A stretch of 64,000 bases of DNA, taken from the NCBI GenBank assembly GCA_964016885.1, contig OZ024742.1, forward strand, positions 300,142,001-300,206,000, in the 5' to 3' direction. The stretch's first letter is position 1. Every line of letters starts with the position of its first letter. Below the pieces are notes generated by a model that searched no databases, had not been told where the DNA came from, and was given only the letters and a program-made list of their open reading frames with translations. Below, piece by piece: positions 28,512 to 48,971 of the stretch. The translations under genes and the position numbers were made by a program. The stretch is from Eledone cirrhosa (Eukaryota).

Positions 28512-31500
28512 ACCGACAGTGACTATATAATTATTGCTGGCGACCTAAATGGTCACGTTGGACAATATTGTGACGGCTATGATGGAATCCACGGAGGCTA
28601 TGGGTTTGGTACTAGAAATGAAGAAGGCTCCAGAATCCTGGAATTCTGTGACGCAAATAACCTAACTATCTGTAACACTAACTTCAAAAAACGAGACAAT
28701 CACTTGATCACCTACAGATCAGGGGAATATACCAGCCAGGTAGATTATATCCTTACCAGAAGACGTGACAGAGTGTCTGTCGTAAACACTAAATCTCTCC
28801 CCCATGAAGAATGAACATCCCAACATACACTCATGATTAGCCACCTCATAGTCAGGACGAGACGTACTCGACAGCAGAAGAGGACTATCCTCAGGAGAAA
28901 AATATGGAAGCTAAAGGACCCCACAGCCAGAAATAAATTTAAAATCATATTACTTGATGCTTTCGACAGTAAGGAAGAGCATTTAGAGTCGTACAATATA
29001 GAGGAACAGTGGGAATTCCTGAAAGCAAACCTGCTGATGGCAGCAGACGATGTCTGTGGCTGGAGCAGGCCTATAGGCAGGAGGAGAGTAACATGGTGGT
29101 GGCACAGTAAGGTGGAGGGGTCAATTAAGGCCAAAAAGCAGGCTTGGAAAGTATGGCGGGATGGGAGAAGTAGAGAAGACTATCAAGTGGCCAGGAGGGA
29201 AGCTAGGAGACAAGTGTACTTCGCAAGAAGGGAAGCAGAGGAAAGAAAGTTCAAGCATGTTCTACAACGCGAGGACCAAAAACGTGAGGTATTCAGGATT
29301 GCTAGGCAATGTGTCAAGGAAAACCGTGATATTGTCGGGGAGAAGTGTGTACTTAATGATGATGGTGTACTTGCCATCACTGACGCTGATAAGAAGGTAG
29401 CTTGGAAGTGTCACTACGAAAGGATACTAAATGAGGAGAATAAATGGGAGAAAGACAGTCTCCCCCACATCGACCCAATAGAGGGACCAGCAGTGTTAGT
29501 CGAAGGTAGTATAATAAGTAAGGCAATCAAAGATATGAAGACGGGTAAGGCGGCTGGGCCTTCGGAAATAGTTGCTGAAATGCTGAAAGCCTGTGGAACG
29601 GTGGGACACACCATGGTCACCCGGATAGTAAACCAAGTCATACAGAATGGGGTTGTGCCAAAGGACTGGCGTAGCAGCATCATCATTAACTGCTACAAGG
29701 GTAAAGGAGATGCCCTAGATAGGAGTAACTATAGAGGCATTAAATTAATCGACCAGGTCATGAAGGTCACGGAAAAAGTAATAGCGCAACTAATCAGAGA
29801 GAGAATTGATCTAGATGAAATGCAGTTCGGGTTTGTGTCAGGCAAAAGTACCACAGACGCTCTTTTCATTGTACGACAACTATAGGAGAAGTACCTAGCT
29901 AAAAGTAAACCCCTACATTTAGCTTTTGTCGACTTGGAGAAAGCCTTCGACAGAGTCCCCCGTTCCATTATCTGGTGGGCTCTTAGAAAACTAGGTGTTG
30001 ATGAATGGCTTGTGAGAGCTATACAAGCCATGTATAAAGAAACAGTCAGCAAGGTTAGAATTAACAACGAATATAGTGAAGAGTTTAGCGTAAAAGTTGG
30101 TGTTCATCAGGGCTCCGTTCTTAGCCCCCTACTATTTATTATTGCCCTTCAGGCTATAACAGTGGAGTTCAAGACCGGCTGCCCATGGGAACTCCTATAC
30201 GCAGATGATCTAATGCTCATAGCTGAATCAATGGCCGAACTAGAGAAGAAATTCCAAACATGGAAGCACGGCCTAGAATCAAAAGGCCTTAAAATTAACC
30301 TGTCTAAGACTAAAGTTTTAGTTTGTAGGAAGGAAAGTAGGGCGCCGGTCCCATCCGGGAAGTGGCCATGCTCAGTGTGTAGGAAAGGCGTAGGTAGAAA
30401 CTCCATTTTATGTCCCAAATGCAAAGTATGGGTGCATAAAAGATGTAGTGGGATCACAGGTAAGCCAACTAAGAACATAGATTTTACATGTGGCCGGTGC
30501 TCTGGTGCAATAAGTAGCAGCAAGTGCCCACAGAATACTAGCTCTTTTAATTGCACAGAGGGTTCTATAGAAATAGTGGACAGCTTCCGTTACCTGGGTG
30601 ACAAAATCAGCAGTGGGGGAGGGTGCTCTGAAAGTACAGTAGCTAGAGTCAGAACTGGATGGAAAAAGTTCAGAGAGCTTATACCACTATTAGCCGCTAA
30701 AGGGTTCTCCCTAAAAATGAAAGGCAGGCTGTATGATGCCTGCATACGAACAGCAATGTTGCATGGCAGTGAGACCTGGGCATTGTGTGCAGAGGATATA
30801 CGCAGACTAGAGAGGAACGAAGCTTGCATGCTCCGCTGGATGTGTAATAGTAATATACGTGAACGGCAAAGCATTAACGAACAAAGGGAGAAATTAGAAA
30901 TAAGAGGGATCAGATGTTGTTTACTCGAGAGAAGGCTACGTTGGTATGGTCACGTGATGCGCATGAAAGACGACAGCTGTATAAAAAAAGTGCAGGGCAA
31001 TAAAATTAGACGGTAGCCACGGAGTAGGCAGACCCAGAAAAACCTGGGACGACTTGATAAAATCCGACCTCACACACTTACACCTCTCTAAGACAATGTC
31101 ACTGGACCGAGATCTTTGGCGGTACACAGTAATAGAGAAGACACGCCTTACCTAAATACAAAGTAAAACCTACTACAGTCAGTAGGCACCTCTAACAAAA
31201 TACACCCCGTCCCACTACCCCCACCCCATCCACACCGCCCCTTTCAATGCAAAGTTATGTTGGTACCGCAACATCCAGGCCGAAACAAATGAGGTCGTGC
31301 AGGTGTCATGACAAAAAAAACACACAGTCCACGCTGTAATGTGGCCGTGTAGGTAACACGGTAAAAACCTCCCAGTTCCACACTGTAAATGTGGTTGGTG
31401 TTAGGAAGGGCATCCAGCCATAGAAAACCCGCCAGCAATGCGAGCAAAACTATGCGAGCAAGACAACCACTCTTGCCTCAAGTGGGAAAACTCCCGTCCA

Positions 31501-31551
31501 AACCCATGCAAGCGTGTAATATGGACGTTAAACGATGATGATGATGATGAT
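28512..31551 (+). mobile_element. 5'-truncated RTE LINE (family C), with stops
   Basis: APE tail (GDLNGHVG); ORFs 28833-29885 and 29934-31016 RT with YADD and PHD-like finger; 3' UTR; (GAT)n tail into TA. Confidence 0.94.
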
Positions 31552-31583
31552 ATATATATACATATATATACATATATATATAC

Positions 31584-31614
<31 letters not shown>

Positions 31615-31865
31615 CATATATACAATTAAATTATCGGGAATCGGAATTTCAGCCCACGAAATAACGAAACACAATCTTCGAAATGCGCGGCAAAGGGCTC
31701 AATAGTTTGGATAAACCAGAGCTATAACTATCGTTTAAATACCAACACACGGAGACAATGCTTAAAGTCACTCGCACAGCCGAAAAAAGCGACCATGAAA
31801 ATTCGGGTCAGACAAATAATAATATAAATGAATGAAAAATCTTATATATATACATATATATATAC

Positions 31866-31946
<81 letters not shown>

Positions 31947-31999
31947 CATACATATACATATACATATATACATATATATATATATACATATATATATAT

Positions 32000-32190
32000 G
32001 AGATGAGAGCAAACAACACGGACGCTCTATCTCAAAATTATTTTTGAAAAGCATTTAGAAATGCGCAACCGGTAAAACTTAAAACCACAACTGAATACTA
32101 ACCAATACAATTACTAATTCTCATTTATTCCTAACTAAACTATTTTTCAACTGTGAACAATTTGTCAGCATTTTCTATTCCGTTTAACAA
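32000..32190 (+). repeat. Solo copy of the PLE terminal repeat also found at 43765-43960(-) and 45977-46140(+)
   Basis: Shared aaaattatttttgaaaagcatttagaaatgcgcaaccggtaaaa...tttgtcagcattttctattccgttta. Confidence 0.85.
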
Positions 32191-32194
32191 TACA

Positions 32195-32232
<38 letters not shown>

Positions 32233-32619
32233 CATATATATATACATATATATAGATACATATATACATATATACATATATATATATACATATATATATA
32301 CATATATATATATATACATATATACATATATACATATATATATATACATACATACATATATACATACATACATATATATATACATATATACATATATACA
32401 TATATATATATATACATATATACACATATACATATATATATATATACATATATATATATACATATATATATATACATATATACACATATACATATATACA
32501 CATATACATATATATATACATATATATATATACATATATATATACATATATATATATATACATATATATATACATATATATATATACATATATATATATA
32601 TACATATATACACATATAC

Positions 32620-32650
<31 letters not shown>

Positions 32651-32821
32651 CATATATATACATATACATATATATATACATATATATATATACATATATA
32701 TATACATATATATATATACACATATATATATACATATATATATATACATATATATATACATATATATGTATATATATATATACATATATACATATACTTA
32801 TATATACATATATATATATAC

Positions 32822-32871
<50 letters not shown>

Positions 32872-33133
32872 TATATATATATATACACATATATACATAT
32901 ACACATTATATATATATATATACATATATATATATACATATATATATACATATACATATATATATATATTATATATATATATACACATATATATATATAC
33001 ATATATATATACATATATATATATTATATATATATATACACATATATATATCTATAAATATATATATACATATATATATATATACATATTTCTATATATA
33101 TTATATATATATATATATATACATATATATATA
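32191..33133. repeat. (TA)n/(TACA)n microsatellite
   Basis: Direct reading. Confidence 0.95.
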
Positions 33134-33338
33134 GTATTAAGGATACTATTTATGGTTATGTATGTAATAAAACCTTTTATGGTAATATATTTTTTATACA
33201 AACCCTAAATAGTGAAAGATAGTCATTAATGCTATCTTATTAACAGTAAGATAAATAGCTCAATGTAATAACATCGGTTGTTTTACAGAGCAGTTATATA
33301 GAGATTACAATAATCAAAGTTCAGTTTAAATCATTTAT

Positions 33339-33387
33339 TTGCTTACAATTGTTTCCTCCAAACCGAGGTTTGGATTCTTCGGAGCAA
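33339..33387 (-). ncRNA. Minimal hammerhead-like motif with CCGAAGA core variant
   Basis: ttgct-CCGAAGA-a tccaaacc tc ggtttgga g-GAAAC AATT GTA-agcaa. Confidence 0.7.
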
Positions 33388-33525
33388 CTATTTAGTGATC
33401 TATAACATACTTGACCTCCTTTTCAACACAAGAGACATATAAAACATATGCACATATTGATCCACAGTGGGATGACATCCATCAAAATGATATAGCATGG
33501 CAATTTACATATAAAGGTTAAAGGA

Positions 33526-33676
33526 TAAAAATAAAAATAAAAATTTAAAAAAAAAAAAATTAAAAATAAAAATAAAAATAAAAATAAAAATAAAAATAAA
33601 AATAAAAATAAAAATAAAAATAAAAATAAAAATAAAAATAAAAATAAAAATAAAAATAAAAATGAAAATAAAAATG
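33526..33676. repeat. (TAAAAA)n hexamer repeat
   Basis: Direct reading. Confidence 0.92.
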
Positions 33677-34169
33677 AAGCATTGGCAGTTTTTGAAGAAA
33701 CAGCAAGAAGAAAGTTTAGAGTAGTCAGTGTATGAAACAATCTCGTGTAGCATGCACGCGTATCTTATTTATACAGGATTAGAGTGCGTCAGAATGTTAT
33801 TTGCAGGGTCAGGCAGTTGAAGCAGGCAATCGATATTATTATGTGGGCTGAATTGTTAAATCATTTTTTCGCATACACCTGTATGATATACAGTCCCGAA
33901 TGTAGAGAAACACCAAAATATCAAAAATTTCAAACATATTATAAACTATATTATATCGTAGACAAAGCAGTACCACTGTCTTCGCGCACACCACCACTCA
34001 CATAATCCATGAGACGCAATATATAGACCACGGGTCTATCATATAATTCACGATGGTTCAGCAAATAACCAAGTTATAAACCATATCTTGTTGATTCTTA
34101 ATCAATAGATCATGTTGTTTAGTTTTGTGTGATGATATTATATTCCGTGTGATTCCGTTTTGTGTGATG

Positions 34170-35954
<1,785 letters not shown>

Positions 35955-35955
<1 letters not shown>

Positions 35956-37920
35956 TTTCTTTTATTTGCCACTAGGGCATCAAAAGTGGGACAAGTACAA
36001 AGGGGGGAGTTTACACAAAAAGGCGTCCTCAATAAGGAGGAGGCAATAACAAAATATAAAAATAAAATAAGATATAACAAAAAATAAAATTTTTAACAAA
36101 ATCCTCAATAGAGAGGAGGCGCCTTGGGGGGTCGCACACACCCCCGAAAAAAGTGTGCAACCCTTCTCCTCAGGAGCACAGAGAAGGGGTGCTCCCTTGG
36201 TCTTTCATCTTCCTCACCTATAGTCTGATGTAGAGTGAAGGCCCATTCACACGGGCCATTCTCGCCACTTTCACCCATCTTTCATAGAAACGGCTGGGGT
36301 GCAGCACCTCTCTCTCCATCCTGATCCTTCTTCCGAAATGATATCGGAAGAAACGGACCAGTTGTTGGCCAGAGAGAAAGGTGCCCGACCTCAGTCCTTT
36401 CAGACGCGTCCACCATACAACCTCTTTCGCCATGGCTATTACGCACAGAAACACCGCCTCTGCTTCATCTTTGAAGGGGGGAGGCGGCTTGATCATTACA
36501 ATAGACTCGGTGGTCAACCGGATCGGTCCCACCCTTGACAGCAGTTGTTCGACATAGCCCCACAGATCGGCTACGCCCGAGCAGTGTACTAATGCGTGTG
36601 CAACGGTTTCCTCGTCGCACACGCATCTGGGACAGATCTTTTTGGCGGGGTCCCTACCCGGGCGCCCGTGTCTGTAGAGCCTTTCTCGAACGGGTAAAGC
36701 CCCTCGGTAGCACTGCCAGGCCAGGGACTTCTGGAAGTTGTCCATAGGTCCCGGGCTGAATGTCCTACCGAACAGGCTGGCCAGTTCGTCCTCCTCCATG
36801 TCTAGGGCTTCTCCGAGGGCGTCGTCGCACCTGCTGCGCACCAGCCCTCTATAGAATGTTGCGGTGGAGTCTCCACTGATAACCGGATCCGCCTGCCAGA
36901 GGGCGGTGAGCGCCTGGGCACACTCAGTGTGCCAGGCGCCCAGTTTTCTCGGTCTTTGCTTGACCCAAGATTGCAGCTCGGTGAGTGAGACGAGTCTGGG
37001 AAAGGTTCGTCTCACAAACGATGCCCACACCGGTTGTCCGGTGAGGAATACGTAGAGGTGCCGTAGCCTTAATGCGTGTTTACGCATCATTAGCCACGGC
37101 ATCCCCAGCCCTCCTTTCGAAGGGTGTTGACAGCAGATGGATCTCCTCACCATAGGAGCCCGCCTCTTCCAAAGGAATTGGAAGAGCGCGCGCTCCATCT
37201 TGGTGAGGGTTTCCCTTGGGCAGGGCACTACGGTCAGGCGGTAGTAGATGACGGACGCTATGTAGGTGTTCGCCACCTCCGCCCGACCTTTCAGGGATAG
37301 TTTGCAACTGGCCCACTTCTGGGTCAGTGCAAACACCCTGTTCGTAACCTCCGCCCAGTTTTTCTCCACCTGGAGGTCCGGTCCGAACCAGACCCCGAGC
37401 AACTTCACCGGGCCCTCCGTCCAGCGTCCGACGACGCTATAGGAGGGCATCGGTCTGCCCCTCCACGTGCCGAGTTGCAAACCGATCGACTTGTCCCGGT
37501 TCAGCTTAGCCCCTGTGAACTTTTCGTACTCCTCCAGTAAGGTGCCGACCGCCTCGATTTCGGAGGCCGTCGACACCATTACTGTCACGTCATCGGCGTA
37601 GGCCGACACCGCTTTCCGCAATCCCGGTTCCAAAGGGATGCCCTGCAACAACTCCAACTTCCGCAGTAGTGGCTCGAGAGTCAACACATACAGAAGGAAG
37701 GAGAGAGGGCACCCTTGTCGGATGGACCGCGCGATTTTGAACGGCTCCGAGAGGTAGCCGTTCACCTTGACCCTAGAGCAGATGCGGCTGCTGTGCATAG
37801 CAGTGATCCAGCCCCTGAAAACGGGTCCGAAGCCTGCCGCCGCTAGCACCGCATCCAGGTAACCATGGTCGACCCTATCGAACGCCTTAGATTGATCCAA
37901 GTTGATCAGAGCCCCACCAA
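35955..37920 (-). mobile_element. 5'-truncated Tx1/L1-clade LINE (second family) with an open 560-aa RT C-terminal half
   Basis: ORF 36218-37900: DQSKAFDRV, IRQGCPLS, AYADD, KGGLG, CPRC..ETVAHALVHC; homologous to 3974-7944. Confidence 0.93.
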
Positions 37921-38084
37921 GATAGGTAAATATACACGGGTGTGTATGATTGTGTATAGAAGATTATATTAATAAGAGGAATTCCAACTTTGTCTGATTT
38001 ACTCGTTTTATTTACAATCCTTTAAAATTTATAATGGTATTATAATGAAATAGTATGATAGAATATTAAATTCTAAGTGTTAAT

Positions 38085-38123
38085 TGAACAAGTACTTTCA
38101 TGCTTTCGCAATCTTCAGGTTCA
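38085..38123 (-). ncRNA. Minimal type I hammerhead ribozyme
   Basis: tgaac-CTGAAGA-t tgc gaaa gca t-GAA-AGTACT-T-gttca; GNRA-capped stem II; palindromic stem III. Confidence 0.78.
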
Positions 38124-38437
38124 TAATATGTGGTGACAGTCAAGTTTGCAATTTTCAACTGTAATAAGATGGGTAAATTTCCTACCTTTTATACATTTTA
38201 TACACGGAAAAATGGCCCCAGAATGCTAAGCCCTGCAAACTGTATTTCGACCAATCAGTGTGTAGTTTCACTGAATTACTAAAGCTGATTGGTTTAAGCG
38301 TCACGGCTGGTTGAGCATGTCTAATGACCAATAATTAATCATATCCAAAGCATCAATTGTTTTGCTATTTTTAGAAATGATGAAAATAGCATTTTCTATT
38401 AATCATCACCATCAACATCACTTTTATTATTATTATT

Positions 38438-38485
<48 letters not shown>

Positions 38486-38522
38486 AGTGGTCGTAGTCAT
38501 AGTGGTAGTAGAAGTAATACCC

Positions 38523-40271
38523 CTAAGCGTTATTTTGTTCATTTAGCTTGGGTTTGAATTTATCAATAAAATTCTTTTCTTTGATTTTTCTCTTGATTTC
38601 ACTTGGGCTGTGTAATTTGTCGAATGGGAATATTATAAATATTCCCTGACCACATGTTGCTAGATGGTTACTTAGGGGTATCTGACGGACATTTGGGTCT
38701 CTGATTTGTTGACGGTGTACCCGTACACGTTCCGATAGTGCATTTCCAGTTTGACCGACATATAGTTCTTCACAATTCGGGCATTTAATGCAGTAAATTA
38801 GACTTCTGCTTTTGCAGTTCATATTTGCATTTGGGAATATTTTTCCAGTTTTTGTTTTCATATATTGACCGGCGTGTATGGATTGACATGTGCCGCACCG
38901 ACTATCATTGCATTTAGATACAGTGAATGATTGGTCTTTGTTGTTAAGGTCAAACTTTGCTTTTGTTAGTAATTGCTTCAAATTTTTTGGCTGTCTTTTA
39001 CTAAGAGTCAAAGATCGATCTGTGATTAATCCTTTTAATTCATTACTTTGAGCAATGATCGGTAGGTTTGCTTTGGCAGTGTTGAAGATATTCTGGTGAC
39101 ATGGGTTGTGTGTCATTATAAATGGTATGACCAGTTTTTGGTTTCTTCTTCCTTGGGTTGTCCTAAGTTGTTGTATAGGTATTTTTATAGCCCGCTGTAT
39201 GCCATTTTCTATAAGTAGAGATGGGTATTTTTGTTTGAGCAAAAATTCTCTTAGTTCTGTTAGGCGTTTGTACCTGGTATTCGTATCTTCTACAATGGTA
39301 CAAATTCTTCTGGCTAGGCAGTATGGGATGTTGCGTTTTGTATGAGGTGGATGGCACGACTTAAAATTCAGATATTGATGGGTGTCTGTGTGTTTATAAT
39401 ATATATCCGTGGTAATGGTGGTGTCGTTTTTGATTATCATTATATCTAGGAATGGTAATTTGGTCCTACTCATCTCTTTTGTGAATTGGAGAGATGGGTG
39501 TAGGTTATTCAGGAGGATATTGAACTCATCCAGAGTATCTAGAGATTCTGTCCAGATGATGAAACAGTCGTCAAGGTATCTCTTCCAAGATTTTTCAATA
39601 TACTTTCTAAAGTCAGTACTATATTTTTCCTCTATTTCTTGGTAGAGTTGTTGTTCTAAGTATCCTATTACAGAGTTCGCGTAAAGGGGAGCATACTTCG
39701 TTCCCATCGCTGTGCCTTTAATTTGGATGTAATTCTTTCCATTGAAGAAGAAAGTGTTGTTTTCCAGAATAAGTTTAACTGCATCTAATATAAATGGCGC
39801 TGTGAATCTGATGGGAATCACTTCTCTATGTTTTTCCACCCAGTATTTAACCGCCTTTATTCCTAAATCATGTGTAATGTTGGTGTAAAGGCTTACCACA
39901 TCAAAACTAAGTAGAAGTGAATTCGTTTCCGTGGTTTGGGGAAGATGGGACAGGAAGTCGATATCATCCCGGATGAAACTGGGTATGTGAATACATAGTG
40001 GTTTCAAAATAATGTCAACAAAATTGCTTAGACGGTGGGTGGGGCATGTTGGACCAGCTATAATAGGTCTAAGTTTTAAGTCTTTTGGGTGTAATAATTT
40101 AATGTACTCACTGTTTTGTTCTCTTACTGCCAGTTGTATTTCTTTTGACTTATGAACTTTCGGTAGGCCATACAGGTTGCTGGGTTTTGGCTCAAAATTG
40201 GTGATGTAGTCTCTTTCCTTATCAGTAAGTGAGTTGTGGTATTTTGAAGCCAGGTTGTTGATCTTCTTCAT
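38523..40271 (-). CDS. PLE reverse transcriptase plus GIY-YIG endonuclease (582 aa open)
   Basis: LYGLPKVHK, LRPIIAGP, SFDVVSLYTNI, GTAMGT, RYLDDC, LPFLDI, CNDSRCGTC, LIYCIKCPNC..LYVGQT. Confidence 0.9.
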   Translation of the reverse strand: MKKINNLASKYHNSLTDKERDYITNFEPKPSNLYGLPKVHKSKEIQLAVREQNSEYIKLLHPKDLKLRPIIAGPTCPTHRLSNFVDIILKPLCIHIPSFIRDDIDFLSHLPQTTETNSLLLSFDVVSLYTNITHDLGIKAVKYWVEKHREVIPIRFTAPFILDAVKLILENNTFFFNGKNYIQIKGTAMGTKYAPLYANSVIGYLEQQLYQEIEEKYSTDFRKYIEKSWKRYLDDCFIIWTESLDTLDEFNILLNNLHPSLQFTKEMSRTKLPFLDIMIIKNDTTITTDIYYKHTDTHQYLNFKSCHPPHTKRNIPYCLARRICTIVEDTNTRYKRLTELREFLLKQKYPSLLIENGIQRAIKIPIQQLRTTQGRRNQKLVIPFIMTHNPCHQNIFNTAKANLPIIAQSNELKGLITDRSLTLSKRQPKNLKQLLTKAKFDLNNKDQSFTVSKCNDSRCGTCQSIHAGQYMKTKTGKIFPNANMNCKSRSLIYCIKCPNCEELYVGQTGNALSERVRVHRQQIRDPNVRQIPLSNHLATCGQGIFIIFPFDKLHSPSEIKRKIKEKNFIDKFKPKLNEQNNA

Positions 40272-40840
40272 GATGTTGTGGTCTATATTTGACGGTATTT
40301 CATGATAGAATGTTGTGTCTTTCAGTTGTTCCTCAACCTAATCCTTGTAGTATTCAGTATCCATTATAACAACTGCACCCCCTTTATCTGCTTGTTTAAT
40401 TATTATTGTTTTATCATTTTGTATACGTTTAAGTGCAGACATTTCTGATTTGTTAATGTTTGGCCTAACATTAGTATTATGTCTAAGAGGAAATTTAGAC
40501 AGGATGTCAATGTATTGGTCGAGATAGATATTTCTTCCTTTTGGCGGAGTGAAATTTGATTTATTCTTTACTAGTGATTCATCACTCTCATTACTTTTAT
40601 CAGCGAAGAATTCTACAAGACGTAATTTTCGACAGAATTATTGGGTATCCTCCTTCAGTTCTTGGTGGTTGACTGTTGGAGTCGGTGTGAATTTCAGTCC
40701 TTTTGACAGAATTTGCATTTCATCATTGTCAAGATCTCTTTTAGATAAATTAATTATTTTAGGATCTACGTGTACAGTTGTTTTGGGTATGTTTCCTCCT
40801 GGAGTTTTTCTTTTTCCAGTTTTTGTTGTCCTGACCTTAA

Positions 40841-43226
<2,386 letters not shown>

Positions 43227-43688
43227 ACGATATTACACAAATGGAAACTATATTTATAAAACTATATTTATTTCATTATACATATCTCAGGGATACCATA
43301 TTAAAAATATGGCATGCCTTCGTCAGATAAAATACAATATATAAACAGTTTTATAAATAATTTTGAGGTACCATAAATATAAGCGACCATTAAGATAGGA
43401 GGCTGGCTTGGTAGTTAAGTGTTTATAATTATTTAGTTATAGTGTTAAGCACAGTCAGAAAAAAACCGAGAGAAAGAAGAAATGGATGTAAGGAAAAATT
43501 GATGTAAGGAAAAACAGAGAGAGATAGGGGAGAGAGAAAGAAGGAGGAGGTGAAAAAAGAGAGGCAACCGAAGGCAACAGATTAATAATAATAATTCACC
43601 ATACAAATAGAGAGATTCAAGAGAGAGTACAGTAATTATTTAGTTATAGTGTTAAGCACAGTTAGAGAAAAGAAAAAATGGAGATAAG

Positions 43689-43721
<33 letters not shown>

Positions 43722-43764
43722 TATAGTTAAAAGAATAGAGGTGTAACACACAAGTTATTATATA

Positions 43765-46221
<2,457 letters not shown>

Positions 46222-46224
46222 CCT

Positions 46225-46374
46225 CCTTGTGTCCTCCGTTGTAAGAGCGCGCTTCCTGGAGTATTTTCCATTTAAGCGTGAAGGGGGTGGAGTTCCTTTT
46301 GAGGTCCCAAACATAGGAGGCGAGTGTTGTCTGGTTTGATTATATATACACATATATATACATATATATACATA

Positions 46375-46424
<50 letters not shown>

Positions 46425-46574
46425 TATGTATATATATGTATATATATGTGTATATATAATCAAACCAGACAACACTCGCCTCCTATGTTTGGGACCTCAA
46501 AAGGAACTCCACCCCCTTCACGCTTAAATGGAAAATACTCCAGGAAGCGCGCTCTTACAACGGAGGACACAAGG
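46225..46574. repeat. Near-perfect palindrome of about 350 bp centred on a pure (TA)n tract
   Basis: ORFs 46272-46475(-) and 46324-46527(+) are identical. Confidence 0.95.
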
Positions 46575-46723
46575 GCTGCGACCTTTGTATTTCAGAGAGC
46601 TACGAAATTTTATTCGCCAAGGGCCCGCTACTGAACAAACTCTCTGAACACTGCCCGAACTGCATGCACAAGAACTTTGCAACTTTCAAACACTTTAAGC
46701 CAGTGTTAAAGCCCGATGGCTAA
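46466..46723 (+). pseudogene. C-terminal fragment of a Naiad-like GIY-YIG endonuclease (not in the ORF track)
   Basis: Manual translation: [69 protein letters not shown]...*, matching the end of ORF 40883-41809. Confidence 0.85.
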
Positions 46724-46899
46724 AAACGACCTCCTCCTATTGGCCCCTATACCTCCTTCCCACCCTACCCCACCCCTCCTCAACCTGAAATACGGCCACT
46801 ATGGTTATGTGAGTACCTCTTACCTATCTACAATTTCTGCCTGTAGAGGTGTTTTTATGTGCCTGCGTATATGCGTATATTTATTGAGTACTTATTTAT

Positions 46900-47056
46900 T
46901 TGTATGCGTATATATTTGTGTGTATGTGTGTATATGTATGTGTATGTATATGTATGTGTATGTATGTGTATGTGTGCACACGTGTATATGTATGTGTATG
47001 TATATGTATGTGTATGTATGTGTATGTGTGCACACGTGTATATGGGTATGTGTGTG

Positions 47057-47103
<47 letters not shown>

Positions 47104-48089
47104 ATGTGTATATATGTATGTGTGTATATGTATATATATATATATGTGTATATATATATGTATATATATGTATATGTGTGTGTATGCGTATGTATGTATG
47201 TGTATATATTTATATATATATATATATATATATGTATATGTGTATATATGTGTATATGTGTATATATGTATATGTGTATGTGTATATATGTGTGTGTGTA
47301 TATGTGTATATATATATGTGTGTATATGTATATATTTATATATATGTGTATGTATGTGTGTGTGTGTGTGTGTATGTATGTGTGTATATATATGTGTGTA
47401 TATATGTATGTGTGTGTATGTGTGTATGTATGTGTGTATATATATGTCAGGTCACCAGTTGGTGCTACTGGTAACATGTATCCCAGTACAACCTGTCTCA
47501 TGGTCGGGTCGTTGGCGACTAAACTGGCAACCCCACCAAGGTTTCTTGGTGAGGAGGGTGACTTTGGACATCCTGCAGGACTAAAAACAAAACCTGTCAA
47601 AGCAAGGGAGCTCTTAAGACTCAATAGCCATCTAAAATCACCGGGAGAGATGACCCCTTAGCCTTTGTCAAGGCAGAATTCTAGGAGAAGGAAAACTCTG
47701 ATATAACACCTGCAACCCTGATGGTATCCAATGATGTTGACTTGTTCTTCTTTTTGGTAAATATCATCTTGGTTAAGAGAGTGGGACTGGCTTTGTGCAG
47801 TGCCTTTGCTCACTATAAAAGCTTCACAGCACAGGCATTGCTTTATATCTGGAGATCTCTCTGCACTTGTCATCACATGGTACCATGGGCCCTGCACTAT
47901 GTGTCAATAATGGTCACAAGTGTAGTCTTTGTACCAGAGTTTTCAAGTCGCTGGCTGGACTAAAAAGTCACATTCGTTCAGCGCATCGGTAGGGGTTCTC
48001 CTACATGGATATAAAGTAGTGGCCGTACTCGAAAACGAGTTGGCAGCCACCACCATGTGTGTATATATATATATGTATATGTATGTGTA

Positions 48090-48143
<54 letters not shown>

Positions 48144-48230
48144 AAAAAGTTTGTCCTCATCAGTGGCCATCCAACCGTCGTGTATATATATATATATATA
48201 TATATGTGTGTATGTGTGTATGTATGTATG

Positions 48231-48299
<69 letters not shown>

Positions 48300-48401
48300 A
48301 TATGTGTATATATGTGTATATATTTTTATGTGTATATATATATATATATATGTATAGGTGTGCATGTGTGTATATGTGTATATGTAGGTGTATGTATGTA
48401 C

Positions 48402-48433
<32 letters not shown>

Positions 48434-48650
48434 GTTTATTTATTTATGTATACGTATGTGTGTATGTGTGTACGTATGTGTCTGTATATTCGTGTGTATG
48501 TGTAAATATGTATATGCATGTGTATGTATGTGTATATATATGTGTGTATATGTGTTTATTTATGTATATATATGTATATATGTGTATATATGTGTATATA
48601 TATATATGTATATATGTATATGTGTGTGTATATGTGTATATGTATGTATA

Positions 48651-48699
<49 letters not shown>

Positions 48700-48866
48700 A
48701 TATATATGTGTGTGTGTGTGCGTGTGTATATATATATGTGTGTGAGTGTGTATATATATGTGTGTATGTGTATATATGTATATATGTGTATATATGTGTG
48801 TATATATATGTATATATATACATACATACATGTATATATATGTGTGTATATGTATATATGTGTATA

Positions 48867-48911
<45 letters not shown>

Positions 48912-48940
48912 ATATGTATATGTGTATGTGTGTATGTATA

Positions 48941-48971
<31 letters not shown>

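Larger units (their letters stand above)
37921..40841 (-). mobile_element. Neptune-like PLE: RT-GIY-YIG, 3' region with (CAA)n and a hammerhead
   Basis: ORF 38523-40271 plus an upstream in-frame KIINLS..SKGLKFTPTP region with one stop near 40640. Confidence 0.92.
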
